A DNA stretch of 64,000 bases from Planctomycetota bacterium (lineage in GTDB: Bacteria; Planctomycetota; Phycisphaerae; UBA1845), in contig JACQXM010000023.1 in assembly GCA_016208685.1 (NCBI GenBank), positions 2,203 to 66,202 on the forward strand, in the 5' to 3' direction. The notes below the pieces were generated by a model. It had not been told where the DNA came from. It did no database searches and saw only the letters and a list, made by a program, of their open reading frames with translations. Numbering within the stretch: the stretch's first letter is position 1; every line of letters begins with the position of its first letter. Shown piece after piece: positions 44,340-53,376 of this stretch. The translations under genes were made by a program, and so were the position numbers.

Positions 44340-45511
44340 CAGGTGGCTCGCTCCCCCAGGATCAAACGCGCCAGCTTTTCGCTGCGCCCTACCTCGATAT
44401 CGTCGGGTACGTCCTGCCCGGTGGTCACATAGGAGAGTTTCGCCTGGACCGCGTTCATGCAGGTAAGCAGCGCGCCGAACCCCACCGCTTCGTCGAGCTT
44501 GGTGAGAATCACGCGGTCTATGCCCAGGGGCCGGAAACGTTCCGTGGTCTGCGCAATCACCGCCTCGCCGCTGGTGGTGGAAAGCACCAGGTGCACCTGG
44601 TGTGGACGGCCGACGTCGAAGAAGCCGCGCAGTTGCTCGATTTTCATGCCGTCGCGCTGACTGCGCCCCGCCGTGTCGATCAACACTACGTCACGATCGG
44701 CGAGTGTTCGCAGGGCATCGGCGTATTCGCCGGGCGTGGCCGCCACCACCAGCGGAACGTCGATGATCTCGGCATACGTGCGCAGTTGCTCTACGGCAGC
44801 AATACGGTAGGTGTCGACGGTGATGAGCCCGACCTTGCTGCGCTCCCGGAGGGCGAAGTTGGCGGCGAGTTTGGCGACGGTCGTGGTCTTGCCCACACCC
44901 GTGGGACCGACGAGCGCCACGACCGTGGGTCCTTCCTCCCGCCGCGAGGGTATCGGCCCGGCGGTCGGTACCATGGCCTCCAGGAGCGCCGCCAGTCTGG
45001 CGCGCACCGCCTGGCGGTCGGTGATCAGCTCCGGCGGAAGAGTGCTCCGCACTTCCTGCACCAGTTCCGCCGCCAGTTGATCGGCGATCTCGGCCTGCAC
45101 CAGTTGCTCGTAGGCGGCGTAGAGCGCCTCGGGCAGCGAACCACTTCGCGCGCGACGCGACTCACGCAACAAATCGGCGAGGGCGTTTTTGACCGCTCCC
45201 AGTTCGGCAAGGACGGCATCAGGCTGCGACGCCGCGGCGCGGGGCATTGGCGGTGACACCAACACGGCAGCTCCCTCTGCACCATCGCTTCTACCCGACT
45301 TGCGCATCAAACTACCCCCGCGCATACCCTCGGGCAAGTCAGCAATTTCCCTTGCCGCCGTGATTTCTACGTACGGACTTCCCCCTAGGCCGAAGAACCC
45401 GCCACGCGTGAGGGTGCGGGTAGTGAGTATGACCGCGTGGCGCCCGAACTGTCTTTTAACCTGATCGAGCGCCTCGGCCATGGTACGGCCGCTGAATGTC
45501 TTAAGCTTCAT
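44339..45511 (-). CDS. flhF: SRP-type GTPase FlhF
   Basis: G-domain motifs VALVGPTGVGKTTTVAKLA, DTYRIAAVEQL, DTAGRSQRD and TKLDE are present. It lies between flhA and flhG. Confidence 0.9.
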   Translation of the reverse strand: MKLKTFSGRTMAEALDQVKRQFGRHAVILTTRTLTRGGFFGLGGSPYVEITAAREIADLPEGMRGGSLMRKSGRSDGAEGAAVLVSPPMPRAAASQPDAVLAELGAVKNALADLLRESRRARSGSLPEALYAAYEQLVQAEIADQLAAELVQEVRSTLPPELITDRQAVRARLAALLEAMVPTAGPIPSRREEGPTVVALVGPTGVGKTTTVAKLAANFALRERSKVGLITVDTYRIAAVEQLRTYAEIIDVPLVVAATPGEYADALRTLADRDVVLIDTAGRSQRDGMKIEQLRGFFDVGRPHQVHLVLSTTSGEAVIAQTTERFRPLGIDRVILTKLDEAVGFGALLTCMNAVQAKLSYVTTGQDVPDDIEVGRSEKLARLILGERAT

Positions 45512-47579
45512 CCGTCAGCACCACCATTCCATGAGATTCGACCTCGAAGCCGCGCACCACCTCGTTGTAGGAGAGCACGGCCACCGAGGGAAGCCCGACT
45601 TCGATCAGCTTCCGCACCCAGGCGCGAATCTGCGGCGGGCATAGCAGCACTGGGAAGCGGCCGCGGAGCGCCGTGGCCGCCCGTTCCGCCTGCGCCCGAA
45701 CCGCCTGGGCGATGCGCGTCTGGAGCTGACCCGGCATGGCCAGGAACGTTCCACGATCCGTGCGCTCCAGGCTCTTGGAGACCAGTTCCTCCACGCCGGG
45801 ATCCAGGGTAATGCAGTGAATCCGCCCGTCCTCCCCCTTATGCAGATGACACAGCGTCCGCGAGAGCGCGTTTCGCGCGTATTCCGTGAGTATCTCCGCG
45901 TCCTTGGTACGCGGCGCCCAGTCAGCCATCGTTTCCAGAATCGTCTCCAGGTCCCGCACCGGGACGCGCTCGCGCAGGAGCGCCTGGAGCACCCGATGCA
46001 CTTCGCCCGGCTTGAGTACCTCCGGAACCACCTCCTCCACCAGCTTCGGAGCACGTTCCTTGAGACTGTCCAGAAGCCGACTCACCTCCTGCCGCGTCAG
46101 CAGTTCATCGGCGTGCCGCCGGATGATCTCGTTCAGGTAAGTGCTGATCACGCTGGTGGCCTCCACCACCGTGTAGTTGTTGTGCTCCGCCTTGTGCCGC
46201 ATGGACTCGTCGATCCAGACGGCGGGCAGGCGGAACGCCGGTTCCGTCGTTTCCATGCCCGGCACCTTCTCCGTTACCGTGCCCGTGTCGATGGCCAGCA
46301 GATGTCCCGGCATGACCTCGCCCTGCCCCACTTGCAGTCCGCGGATCTTCACCCGGAACTGATTGGGCTGAAGTTGGATGTCGTCCCGAATGCGAATGGG
46401 AGGCACCACGATCCCCAGTTCCTGCGCCACCTGCCGGCGCAGATTCGTGATGCGGTCCAGCAAATCTCCCCCCTGCTTGCGATCCACCAGTTGAATCAGG
46501 CCGTACCCCACGTCGAGTTCCATGGGATCCGGAGCCAGGTGCTTCTCCACCTTCTCCGGCGCCAAAGGCTTCGCTTTCGACGCCGCCGCCACTGCCAGGG
46601 CCGTTTGCGTCCGCCGGTGAAGGACAAAAGCCATGGCGCCGGACGACGCCACCAGCAGAATCAGCGGCGGCTTGGGCAGCGGGGTAAGGCCCAGAACTAC
46701 AAGGAACCCCGCGGTAACCGCCAATGCCAGCGGCTGACTGGTGAGCTGCCCGAGAAGCTCGTCGCCCAGGTTCTTTTTGGCCGCGGAGCGCGTGACAATG
46801 GTCGCGGCCGCCACCGAGACAATGAACGCCGGAATCTGCGAAACCAGCCCGTCCCCGATCGTCAGAATCGTGAATCTCTGCAAAGTCTCAAGAATGGGAA
46901 GATTGAGCTCGACGAGCCCCACATAAATGCCGCCGAGAATGTTGATGATGGTGATGACGATGCCCGCAATCGCATCCCCGCGAACGAACTTGCTGGCACC
47001 GTCCATGGCGCCGTAGAAGTCCGCCTCCCGGGTGATCTCCCCCCGCCGCCGCTTTGCTTCCTCATCCGAAATGGTGCCAGCGTTCAGGTCCGCATCCACC
47101 GCCATCTGCTTGCCCGGCATGCCGTCCAACGTGAACCGGGCCGCCACCTCCGCCACCCGTGTGGCACCCTTGGTAATCACGACGAACTGAATGACCGAAA
47201 TAATGGCGAAGATAATCAGCGCCACCACCAGCGACCCCTGGGCCACGAACCGTCCGAAGGTCTCAACCACGTGACCCGCATTGCCGCTCGTCAGGATCAG
47301 CCGCGTCGTTGCGGTGTTCAAGACCAGCCGGTACAGCGTCAATCCCAGAAGTAGCGACGGAAAAGACGAAAACTCCAGCGGGCCGCCCATGTACATGACC
47401 GTCAGGAGCACCACGCCCGACAGCGTGATATTCATAAGCAACAGCAGGTCCATCAGCCATGTCGGAAGCGGGATGAGAATTACCAGGATCAGCGCCAGGG
47501 CACCCATGGGCAGCAGAACGCCCTGGTGCTTGGAGAGCTTCTCCAGAAAGGCAAAGCGTGTGGTACTTGCGTCCGCCAT
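45501..47579 (-). CDS. flhA: flagellar export gate protein FlhA
   Basis: 692 aa with an N-terminal polytopic domain including the conserved FHIPEP-type region (GAMDGASKFVRGDAIAG) and a large cytoplasmic C-domain. Confidence 0.95.
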   Translation of the reverse strand: MADASTTRFAFLEKLSKHQGVLLPMGALALILVILIPLPTWLMDLLLLMNITLSGVVLLTVMYMGGPLEFSSFPSLLLGLTLYRLVLNTATTRLILTSGNAGHVVETFGRFVAQGSLVVALIIFAIISVIQFVVITKGATRVAEVAARFTLDGMPGKQMAVDADLNAGTISDEEAKRRRGEITREADFYGAMDGASKFVRGDAIAGIVITIINILGGIYVGLVELNLPILETLQRFTILTIGDGLVSQIPAFIVSVAAATIVTRSAAKKNLGDELLGQLTSQPLALAVTAGFLVVLGLTPLPKPPLILLVASSGAMAFVLHRRTQTALAVAAASKAKPLAPEKVEKHLAPDPMELDVGYGLIQLVDRKQGGDLLDRITNLRRQVAQELGIVVPPIRIRDDIQLQPNQFRVKIRGLQVGQGEVMPGHLLAIDTGTVTEKVPGMETTEPAFRLPAVWIDESMRHKAEHNNYTVVEATSVISTYLNEIIRRHADELLTRQEVSRLLDSLKERAPKLVEEVVPEVLKPGEVHRVLQALLRERVPVRDLETILETMADWAPRTKDAEILTEYARNALSRTLCHLHKGEDGRIHCITLDPGVEELVSKSLERTDRGTFLAMPGQLQTRIAQAVRAQAERAATALRGRFPVLLCPPQIRAWVRKLIEVGLPSVAVLSYNEVVRGFEVESHGMVVLTDEA

Positions 47580-47677
47580 CTCGTCTTCAAATCAACAAGC
47601 AGTTCGACTCAACCGCGCGTTCCGACCCGCCTCGCGTTCCGCTGCCCAACTGGGCGGGATTTCCGGCTCGCTTTAGC

Positions 47678-48760
47678 CTATGCCGATTGCCGCCGGACTG
47701 CGGCCGGCGCCCGTCCGGTCAGCTCGTACACGTACGCCAGAATCTCCGCCACGGCGCGATAGAACTTCTCCGGAATGTACTGTCCCACCTCCACCGATTC
47801 GTACAGGGCGCGGGCCAGCGGCTTCCGCTCCACCACCGGGACTCCATACTCCGCCGCAATCTGGCGTATCCGCAACGCCATATAGTCGGCTCCCTTCGCG
47901 GTCACCTGCGGCGCGTTCATCACCTCGGCGTCGTAGCGGATCGCCACCGCCAGGTGTGTGGGATTGGTCACCACAACGTCGGCCTTCGGCACATGCCGCT
48001 TGAGTCTCTGCACCGCCAACTGGAACTGCACCTGCCGGCGCCGCGCCTTGAGCTTGGGGTCGCCCTCCATGCTTCGCAGTTCCTCCTTAACCTCCTCTTT
48101 CGTCATCCGCAGGTCCTGCTCGTATCGATAGCGCTGCCAGATGAAATCCAGAATCGCCAGCACCATCAGCACCGCAGCCAGGCGCAGGCCCAGGTCGTAA
48201 ACCAGCGAGGCCCCCAGACGAACGACGTCCTGGAATCCCAACGACAAAGCGTACGCGATTTCCGATGTCCGCCCGGAGATGGTCAGATACGCCACTGAGC
48301 CCACTACCACCAGTTTCCCGCAGTTGAAGACGGACAGCACGACGGACCGTAGTGAGAAAAGCCGCTGCAACCCTCCCAGCGGATTGATTTTGCTCAGACT
48401 CGGAATGAGCGGCTGCCAGGTAACCAGCGCTCCCACCTGGGCATAAAGCACGATGAGTACGGTGAGCAGCAGTATTCCCACCAGCGGTGCAAGCTGCCTT
48501 CCGGCTTCCACTGCAATGGCCGCACTAAGAGTCCGGAGCCCCTCCAGCGAGGCTGGCGCCTCCGCGGTCAGCGCCGTCCGGACTACCGCCAGCAGTGATT
48601 GCCAAATTCTCGGTCCGGCCCAACCCAGGACCCACATTCCGACGAACAGAAGGATGGCGGCGGGCAGGTCATGACTGCGCGCCACCTGCCCCTTCATTCG
48701 CGCCTCGCGGCGCCGACGCGGCGTCGGCGCCTCGGTCCTGTCCTCCGCTTCCCAGGGCAT
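47678..48760 (-). CDS. flhB: flagellar export switch protein FlhB
   Basis: The N-terminal EDRTEAPTPRRRREARMKGQVARS is followed by four TMs. The NPTH autocleavage site is present (VVVTNPTHLAVAIRY). Confidence 0.95.
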   Translation of the reverse strand: MPWEAEDRTEAPTPRRRREARMKGQVARSHDLPAAILLFVGMWVLGWAGPRIWQSLLAVVRTALTAEAPASLEGLRTLSAAIAVEAGRQLAPLVGILLLTVLIVLYAQVGALVTWQPLIPSLSKINPLGGLQRLFSLRSVVLSVFNCGKLVVVGSVAYLTISGRTSEIAYALSLGFQDVVRLGASLVYDLGLRLAAVLMVLAILDFIWQRYRYEQDLRMTKEEVKEELRSMEGDPKLKARRRQVQFQLAVQRLKRHVPKADVVVTNPTHLAVAIRYDAEVMNAPQVTAKGADYMALRIRQIAAEYGVPVVERKPLARALYESVEVGQYIPEKFYRAVAEILAYVYELTGRAPAAVRRQSA

Positions 48761-49560
48761 CAGTAGGTCAGCCTCAGTCGAGCCGGGTCCAGCCCGAAGG
48801 CAGCACGGATGGTCGCCAGGCCCTCACGCAGACTTTCCGCCATCACATCACCGGCGAGCGCCAGGGTGATGCCCGCCGTCGCCACCGCCAGCATGACGCG
48901 GACCGTAAACCCCACGGAAAGCACATTCAGTTGCGGCAGTGTGCGCGAGAGAAACGCAAACGCCAGTTCCGTCAAGAAGAGCGTGATCAACACCGGCCCC
49001 GCGAGCCGTACTCCCAGACCGAAAGCCGCGGTAAGCAGCTCCAGCAACAGCACCACCATGGGCTCCTCAAGGCGGAACGATAGCATCGGAATGACCTCGT
49101 ACGTGTCCAGCACCGCGGCCACTGCCGCCCGGTGCCCGCCGAGGACCAGAAACACCAGCATCAGCACGATGGCGTAAATCTGCGTCACCACCGTTGACTG
49201 TTCCGCGAACGTCGGGTCGAACACCTCGCTCAGAGCGATCCCCGCCTGTTGTCCGACCATCACGCCCGCAACCTCGGCGCCGCTCAGCAGCGTCGCAATC
49301 GCCAGTCCGATGATCGCGCCCACCATCATCTCGCCCACTCCTCCCAGCACCACCGCGCTCCACGTCAGGTCGGTCGGCGCCTGCCGGTGCAGCACCGGCA
49401 CCATCATCGCCCCCAGGGTGAGCACCAGCGCCGCGCGCATCCGCCGCGGCACCAGGGTACTGGCGAAGATCGGCGCCGTAAGCATCAACCCTCCCAGCCG
49501 GAAGAGCACCAGCGCCAATACCGGAAGCGCCAGCGGCAATTGAAGCAACGACCAGGGCAT
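48760..49560 (-). CDS. fliR: flagellar export apparatus protein FliR
   Basis: Polytopic membrane protein. The ATGA overlap links its stop to the flhB start. ATG 49560 (MPWSLLQLPLALPVLALVLFRLGG) fits the FliR N-terminus. Confidence 0.9.
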   Translation of the reverse strand: MPWSLLQLPLALPVLALVLFRLGGLMLTAPIFASTLVPRRMRAALVLTLGAMMVPVLHRQAPTDLTWSAVVLGGVGEMMVGAIIGLAIATLLSGAEVAGVMVGQQAGIALSEVFDPTFAEQSTVVTQIYAIVLMLVFLVLGGHRAAVAAVLDTYEVIPMLSFRLEEPMVVLLLELLTAAFGLGVRLAGPVLITLFLTELAFAFLSRTLPQLNVLSVGFTVRVMLAVATAGITLALAGDVMAESLREGLATIRAAFGLDPARLRLTY

Positions 49561-49647
49561 CGTCTTTGTCTCCCGGACCACCGGCTCCGCCGCGCCACAA
49601 CTATCGCCCCGCACCCCGCCGCTGCCGCGCCTCCGCAGACTCCCGGC

Positions 49648-49908
49648 TCACCAGGGCAACGACCCGAGCATCTGTTTTGTGTACACCACCATTTGTTCCG
49701 TAATCCACGGAATGAAGATCGCCGCCGCCACGATCATCGCCGCGATTTTGGGCACAAACGTCAACGTCTGCTCCTGCAACTGCGTCACCGCCTGCACCAG
49801 CGACAGAATCAACCCCACCGCCAATCCGATCAGCAGGATCGGCGCCGAAGTCGTCAGCGCCATCCAGAAGGCGTTCCGCCCCAGTTCCAGGGCCGTACCG
49901 AAGTCCAT
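49648..49908 (-). CDS. fliQ: flagellar export apparatus protein FliQ
   Basis: 86 aa with two TMs. It sits between fliP and fliR. Confidence 0.9.
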   Translation of the reverse strand: MDFGTALELGRNAFWMALTTSAPILLIGLAVGLILSLVQAVTQLQEQTLTFVPKIAAMIVAAAIFIPWITEQMVVYTKQMLGSLPW

Positions 49909-49929
49909 GGCGTCGCTCCCCGTGCGTCC

Positions 49930-50757
49930 TTACACAAAACTGTTCAGCAGCATCTCCACGACCAGGTGCCAGCCGTCCGCGAGGACGAACAGCAGCAGCT
50001 TGAACGGCAGCGAGATCAGCACCGGCGGCAGCATCATCATGCCCATGGAAATCAGGATCGTGGCAATCACCATGTCAATTACCAGGAAGGGCAGGTAGAT
50101 GCGGAAACCCATGACGAACGCCGTCTTCAGCTCGCTCAACATGAAGGCGGGGATCATCACCGTCATGGGCACGCGCGCCACCTCGATCTTCTCCGTGTTC
50201 GCGATGGGCCTGCCCTCGGCGTACTCGAGGAAAAGATAAACATCCTCGAAATTCCCCGCCTGCTCGATCTGCCGGTACATGAAATCCTTGAGATGTTGCG
50301 CCGCAATATCCATCGCCTGCGCTTGCCCCATGCGGTTGTCGAAGTAGGGCTCGACCGCCTGCGTCTGGACCTGGTGCCACACCGGCGACATGATGAGCAC
50401 CGTAACAAAAAGCGACAGTCCCAGAAGCACCTGACCGGGCGGTAGCTGCGGCGCGCCGATCGCCTGGCGCAGCAGCGCCAGAACGATGATGATCCGCGGG
50501 AACGCGGTGGCCATCACCAGGATGGAGGGAACGAGGGTCAGAACCGTGAGCAGGACGACGATCTGCAGCGTGGCGCTGACGCCCTGGGGACTGCCGGCGG
50601 TGGGAATCACCCGCGAGAGGTCGGGGAGTTTCGCAGCGTTATCGAAGGGCGCGGGCGTTGCGTTCTGGGCGCGCAGTGGCGCCGCCCACGCCGTCGCTGC
50701 CACCGCGACCGCCAGCCCCAGCCGGCGGCCGGTTCTGGAGCCTCCATGCTCCCGCAT
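49930..50757 (-). CDS. fliP: flagellar export apparatus protein FliP
   Basis: A signal peptide is followed by conserved FliP segments (LTVLTLVPSILVMATAFPRIIIVLALLRQAIG, PFKLLLFVLADGW). Confidence 0.95.
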   Translation of the reverse strand: MREHGGSRTGRRLGLAVAVAATAWAAPLRAQNATPAPFDNAAKLPDLSRVIPTAGSPQGVSATLQIVVLLTVLTLVPSILVMATAFPRIIIVLALLRQAIGAPQLPPGQVLLGLSLFVTVLIMSPVWHQVQTQAVEPYFDNRMGQAQAMDIAAQHLKDFMYRQIEQAGNFEDVYLFLEYAEGRPIANTEKIEVARVPMTVMIPAFMLSELKTAFVMGFRIYLPFLVIDMVIATILISMGMMMLPPVLISLPFKLLLFVLADGWHLVVEMLLNSFV

Positions 50758-50818
50758 GCCGCGCCACTCCCACGCGATACTTCGCCTTACGCTTCCCGGG
50801 CTCGCCGCCCGGTTCTGC

Positions 50819-51637
50819 TCACTTCGTCTTCAACGAACGCACCTTCTCCAGCAGTTCGTGCACCGCCCGTGACGTTCCGCCGTCGCCGCCGTTTCTCGTC
50901 GGCGCTGTTTCCCGCGCCCGCGATGGCCCGGCGGCGCGGTATCCGCTCGCCTCGGCTTCCAGCAGAGGATCAAACGCAAGGTCTGCCTGACCGCGCGGGG
51001 CGGCACGCGAAAGTAAGTCGGCCACTTCCACCGGGTTTGCGATCGCACCCAGCGCACTCACACGATCCGGGGAAACTCCCACCAGCAGCACGCGACGCCC
51101 GACCTGCACCGCCACCATCTGATGTTTGGGTGCCAGTGACAGTCGACCCAGCGTGCGTATCACACCGGTGTCGCGCACTCGACCCGCGGGCATCCACCGC
51201 CGCGCGGCCCAGGACACGGCTCCAATCACACCCAACACCACCGCCAGCGGCCACAACATGCGCAGCGAGCCGAATCCCGCGGCAGGCGAGGCGGGAAGGG
51301 CGTCCCCGCCGCCAGTCCGCGGATGGCCCGCATTTCCGCTGCGAGGCGGAAGCACTACTTCTGATGACGGTACCGGACCCATCGTGGCCGTCTGTGGCGG
51401 AACCGCCGATCGGCCGCCCGCCACAGCGCCATCCGAACGGGCCGCGTCACTCCGGCCGTCGTCGATGGCTATGCTCGTATTGGAGGAAATCCGTGGCTCG
51501 GTCGGCGGCGCGGAGGCTCCGTCGTTGGCGAACGCCGACACGGAAGCCCCGGCGAGCAGCGCCGATGCCGCGACCAACGCCGCGCGCCAACCGCCGCCTG
51601 GCATCGTCCTTGCCTCGTTGTTCCGCGTCTGTCGCAT
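50819..51637 (-). CDS. fliO: FliO-like flagellar export chaperone/scaffold (long N-terminal extension)
   Basis: A TM (MLWPLAVVLGVIGAVSWAA) is followed by the FliO core (VIRTLGRLSLAPKHQMVAVQVGRRVLLVGVSPDRVSAL). The position upstream of fliP fits. ATG 51637 was chosen to avoid overlap with fliN. Confidence 0.65.
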   Translation of the reverse strand: MRQTRNNEARTMPGGGWRAALVAASALLAGASVSAFANDGASAPPTEPRISSNTSIAIDDGRSDAARSDGAVAGGRSAVPPQTATMGPVPSSEVVLPPRSGNAGHPRTGGGDALPASPAAGFGSLRMLWPLAVVLGVIGAVSWAARRWMPAGRVRDTGVIRTLGRLSLAPKHQMVAVQVGRRVLLVGVSPDRVSALGAIANPVEVADLLSRAAPRGQADLAFDPLLEAEASGYRAAGPSRARETAPTRNGGDGGTSRAVHELLEKVRSLKTK

Positions 51638-51680
51638 GCGCGCCGTCCGTTGAGGCAACCAGCCAAACCTCGGCTCCACG

Positions 51681-52388
51681 TCAGGAAGCGACCCGATGCG
51701 GGTTGCTCGAGAGCACCTCGCTGACGCGAACACAAAAACTGTCGTTTAACACCAGCACCTCGCCGCGTGCCACGAGGCGGTCGTTGACCAGAATGTCCAC
51801 GGGGTCGCCCGCGAGTTTGTCTAACTCGACCACGCTTCCTTGCCCCAGCTTGAGCACGTCCTCCACGAGCATGCGCGTTCGCCCCAGCTCGAGTTTGACG
51901 CGCAGGTTCACGTCACCCAGCATGGTGACGCGCTTGGGGTCCACGGACGGGGTGGCCGAGCCGCCGAAATCGGCAAGCTCGAACGGAGTGGCGGACGCCG
52001 CGGCGGCATCGGCGACATCGGGAAAAGTCGCGACCGCATCGGGGTCTGTGTCGGTGTATGGCGCGCCCGCGGGCACGCCGCTTGCCTCCCCGACCTCGGA
52101 ATCCGGCAGGGCGTCGGATGCCACACTCGCGGCACCGTCCGCTCCGGCGCCGCGCACCAGCGCCTCGAGGTCCGCCTCACCGGGTGACATCTGTCGTTCG
52201 TCGGAAGGAGGCGAAGCCGAAGCGCCGGCCGGCGCCGGCGGCTCGCCCTGGGGCGCACTTGCGGCGCTCATCAGCGCATCGATTTCCTCCTGGCTGAATC
52301 CGCCCTGCCCGGGAGCTGAATCTGCGGGTGGCGTGCTGCCCTCGGCTTCATCCATGTCGCCGGTCCTTCCACTTCCCTCGGGGTCCAT
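51681..52388 (-). CDS. fliN: flagellar switch protein FliN/FliY-type with N-terminal EIDAL peptide
   Basis: The C-terminal SpoA/FliN domain reads [60 protein letters not shown]. The N-terminus carries [10 protein letters not shown], followed by a ~130-aa acidic low-complexity linker. Confidence 0.85.
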   Translation of the reverse strand: MDPEGSGRTGDMDEAEGSTPPADSAPGQGGFSQEEIDALMSAASAPQGEPPAPAGASASPPSDERQMSPGEADLEALVRGAGADGAASVASDALPDSEVGEASGVPAGAPYTDTDPDAVATFPDVADAAAASATPFELADFGGSATPSVDPKRVTMLGDVNLRVKLELGRTRMLVEDVLKLGQGSVVELDKLAGDPVDILVNDRLVARGEVLVLNDSFCVRVSEVLSSNPHRVAS

Positions 52389-52433
52389 CCCGAGCCTGCC
52401 GTATTATCGGTGGATCAGCGGATGTGGCGACAC

Positions 52434-52894
52434 TCAAAGCCCGGAGCCGGATTGCAGCAGCTCGGGGATGAGCACTTCGCGGATGATCTCGTTGTCGTCG
52501 AAGACCCGATCCAGCTCGTGCTTGATCCGCCGCTTGATGGTCTCCAGTCCCGGCTCGTTCAGATACGTCGGCTCAGCACTGCGAATCACGAAGTTGATGC
52601 GATCACGAATCCGAGCCTGCTTGGCTTCCACCAACTTCTTGGCACGCTCCTGGTCGCTCCCCCCTACTAATATTGACACGCGGAGCTGGAACAGGATGTT
52701 CTTGCCCGTCATCTTGTTGCTGGGACGGCACTCCCCCAGTTCCAACTCGACGAGTTCGTCCTGCGCGCTTTCCGCGCTCTAAAGACGCCGACCCCTTCCG
52801 CCACCAGCACCGCCGCGGCGACGATGATCAACCCCTTGCGCCCTTTCGGCGCCGCTGTTTCTTCCGGCTTCGGGGCGCTTTCTTCCGCTGCCAT
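52434..52894 (-). pseudogene. fliL: fliL interrupted by a 1-nt frameshift (or an assembly error)
   Basis: One frame holds the N-terminal part (MAAEESAPKPEE...GLIIVAAAVLVAEGVGVF, the TM anchor). The C-terminal part (SAESAQDELVELELGE...KNILFQLRVSILV...IRDRINFVIRS...IREVLIPELLQ) is in the adjacent frame. The two frames meet at 52779-52790 next to a T3 run. Joining them gives a normal ~153-aa FliL. Confidence 0.65.
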
Positions 52895-53101
52895 GGTCCA
52901 GGCTCCCGCAGAAACCGCCGGTCAAGGTCGTCCCAGCGTCGCTGGACGCTGCCGGCGACCCGAACCGACTGCTGTTCAACATCGGCCAATGGCGCCGCCG
53001 CATGAGGCGCGGCGCTATACCGCGCAGGCGCAACAAATGCGCCAGAGCGCACACCCTACCCAGAACTCTACGATAGCCCCGAGGGCAAGGATGCAGCGCC
53101 G

Positions 53102-53296
53102 TTAAACAACGCTGAACCCGTGGATTTGTCGCCGGTAATCGATCGCCCGGCGCACGACCTCTTCCCGCGATTCTCGGACGACCAGCACGTCGCCGTTGAT
53201 CAGGGTGATGATGGTATCGGGCCGTGATTCGATGATCTTGATGAGCTCGGCGTTCACCACCACCAGCCGCTCATCCAGCCTCGTCAGCGTGATCAT
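53102..53296 (-). CDS. flbD: flagellar protein FlbD
   Basis: MITLTRLDERLVVVNAELIKIIESRPDTIITLINGDVLVVRESREEV matches the FlbD family pattern (MI.lTrLnG..f.vNa.lIe.iE..PDT.I.L.nG....V.Es.eEv). It lies directly downstream of flgE. Confidence 0.8.
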   Translation of the reverse strand: MITLTRLDERLVVVNAELIKIIESRPDTIITLINGDVLVVRESREEVVRRAIDYRRQIHGFSVV

Positions 53297-53376
53297 GGCA
53301 GCGCCGGTCTCCACGGTGTCGCCTACCCCGCGGGCGAATAATACGCAGCCCCGCCGCCGCGGCCCGCCGCGCGACG

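Noticed and set aside
45816-47354. 512-aa plus-strand ORF inside flhA
   Set aside because: It is antisense to a near-canonical FlhA and has an Arg/His/Gln/Pro-rich junk composition.
52979-52986. GCCGATGT on the coding (minus) strand upstream of fliL, considered as a possible FliA-dependent promoter
   Set aside because: The -10 is imperfect and there is no TAAA-like -35 at the expected distance. This is too weak to call without transcription start site data.
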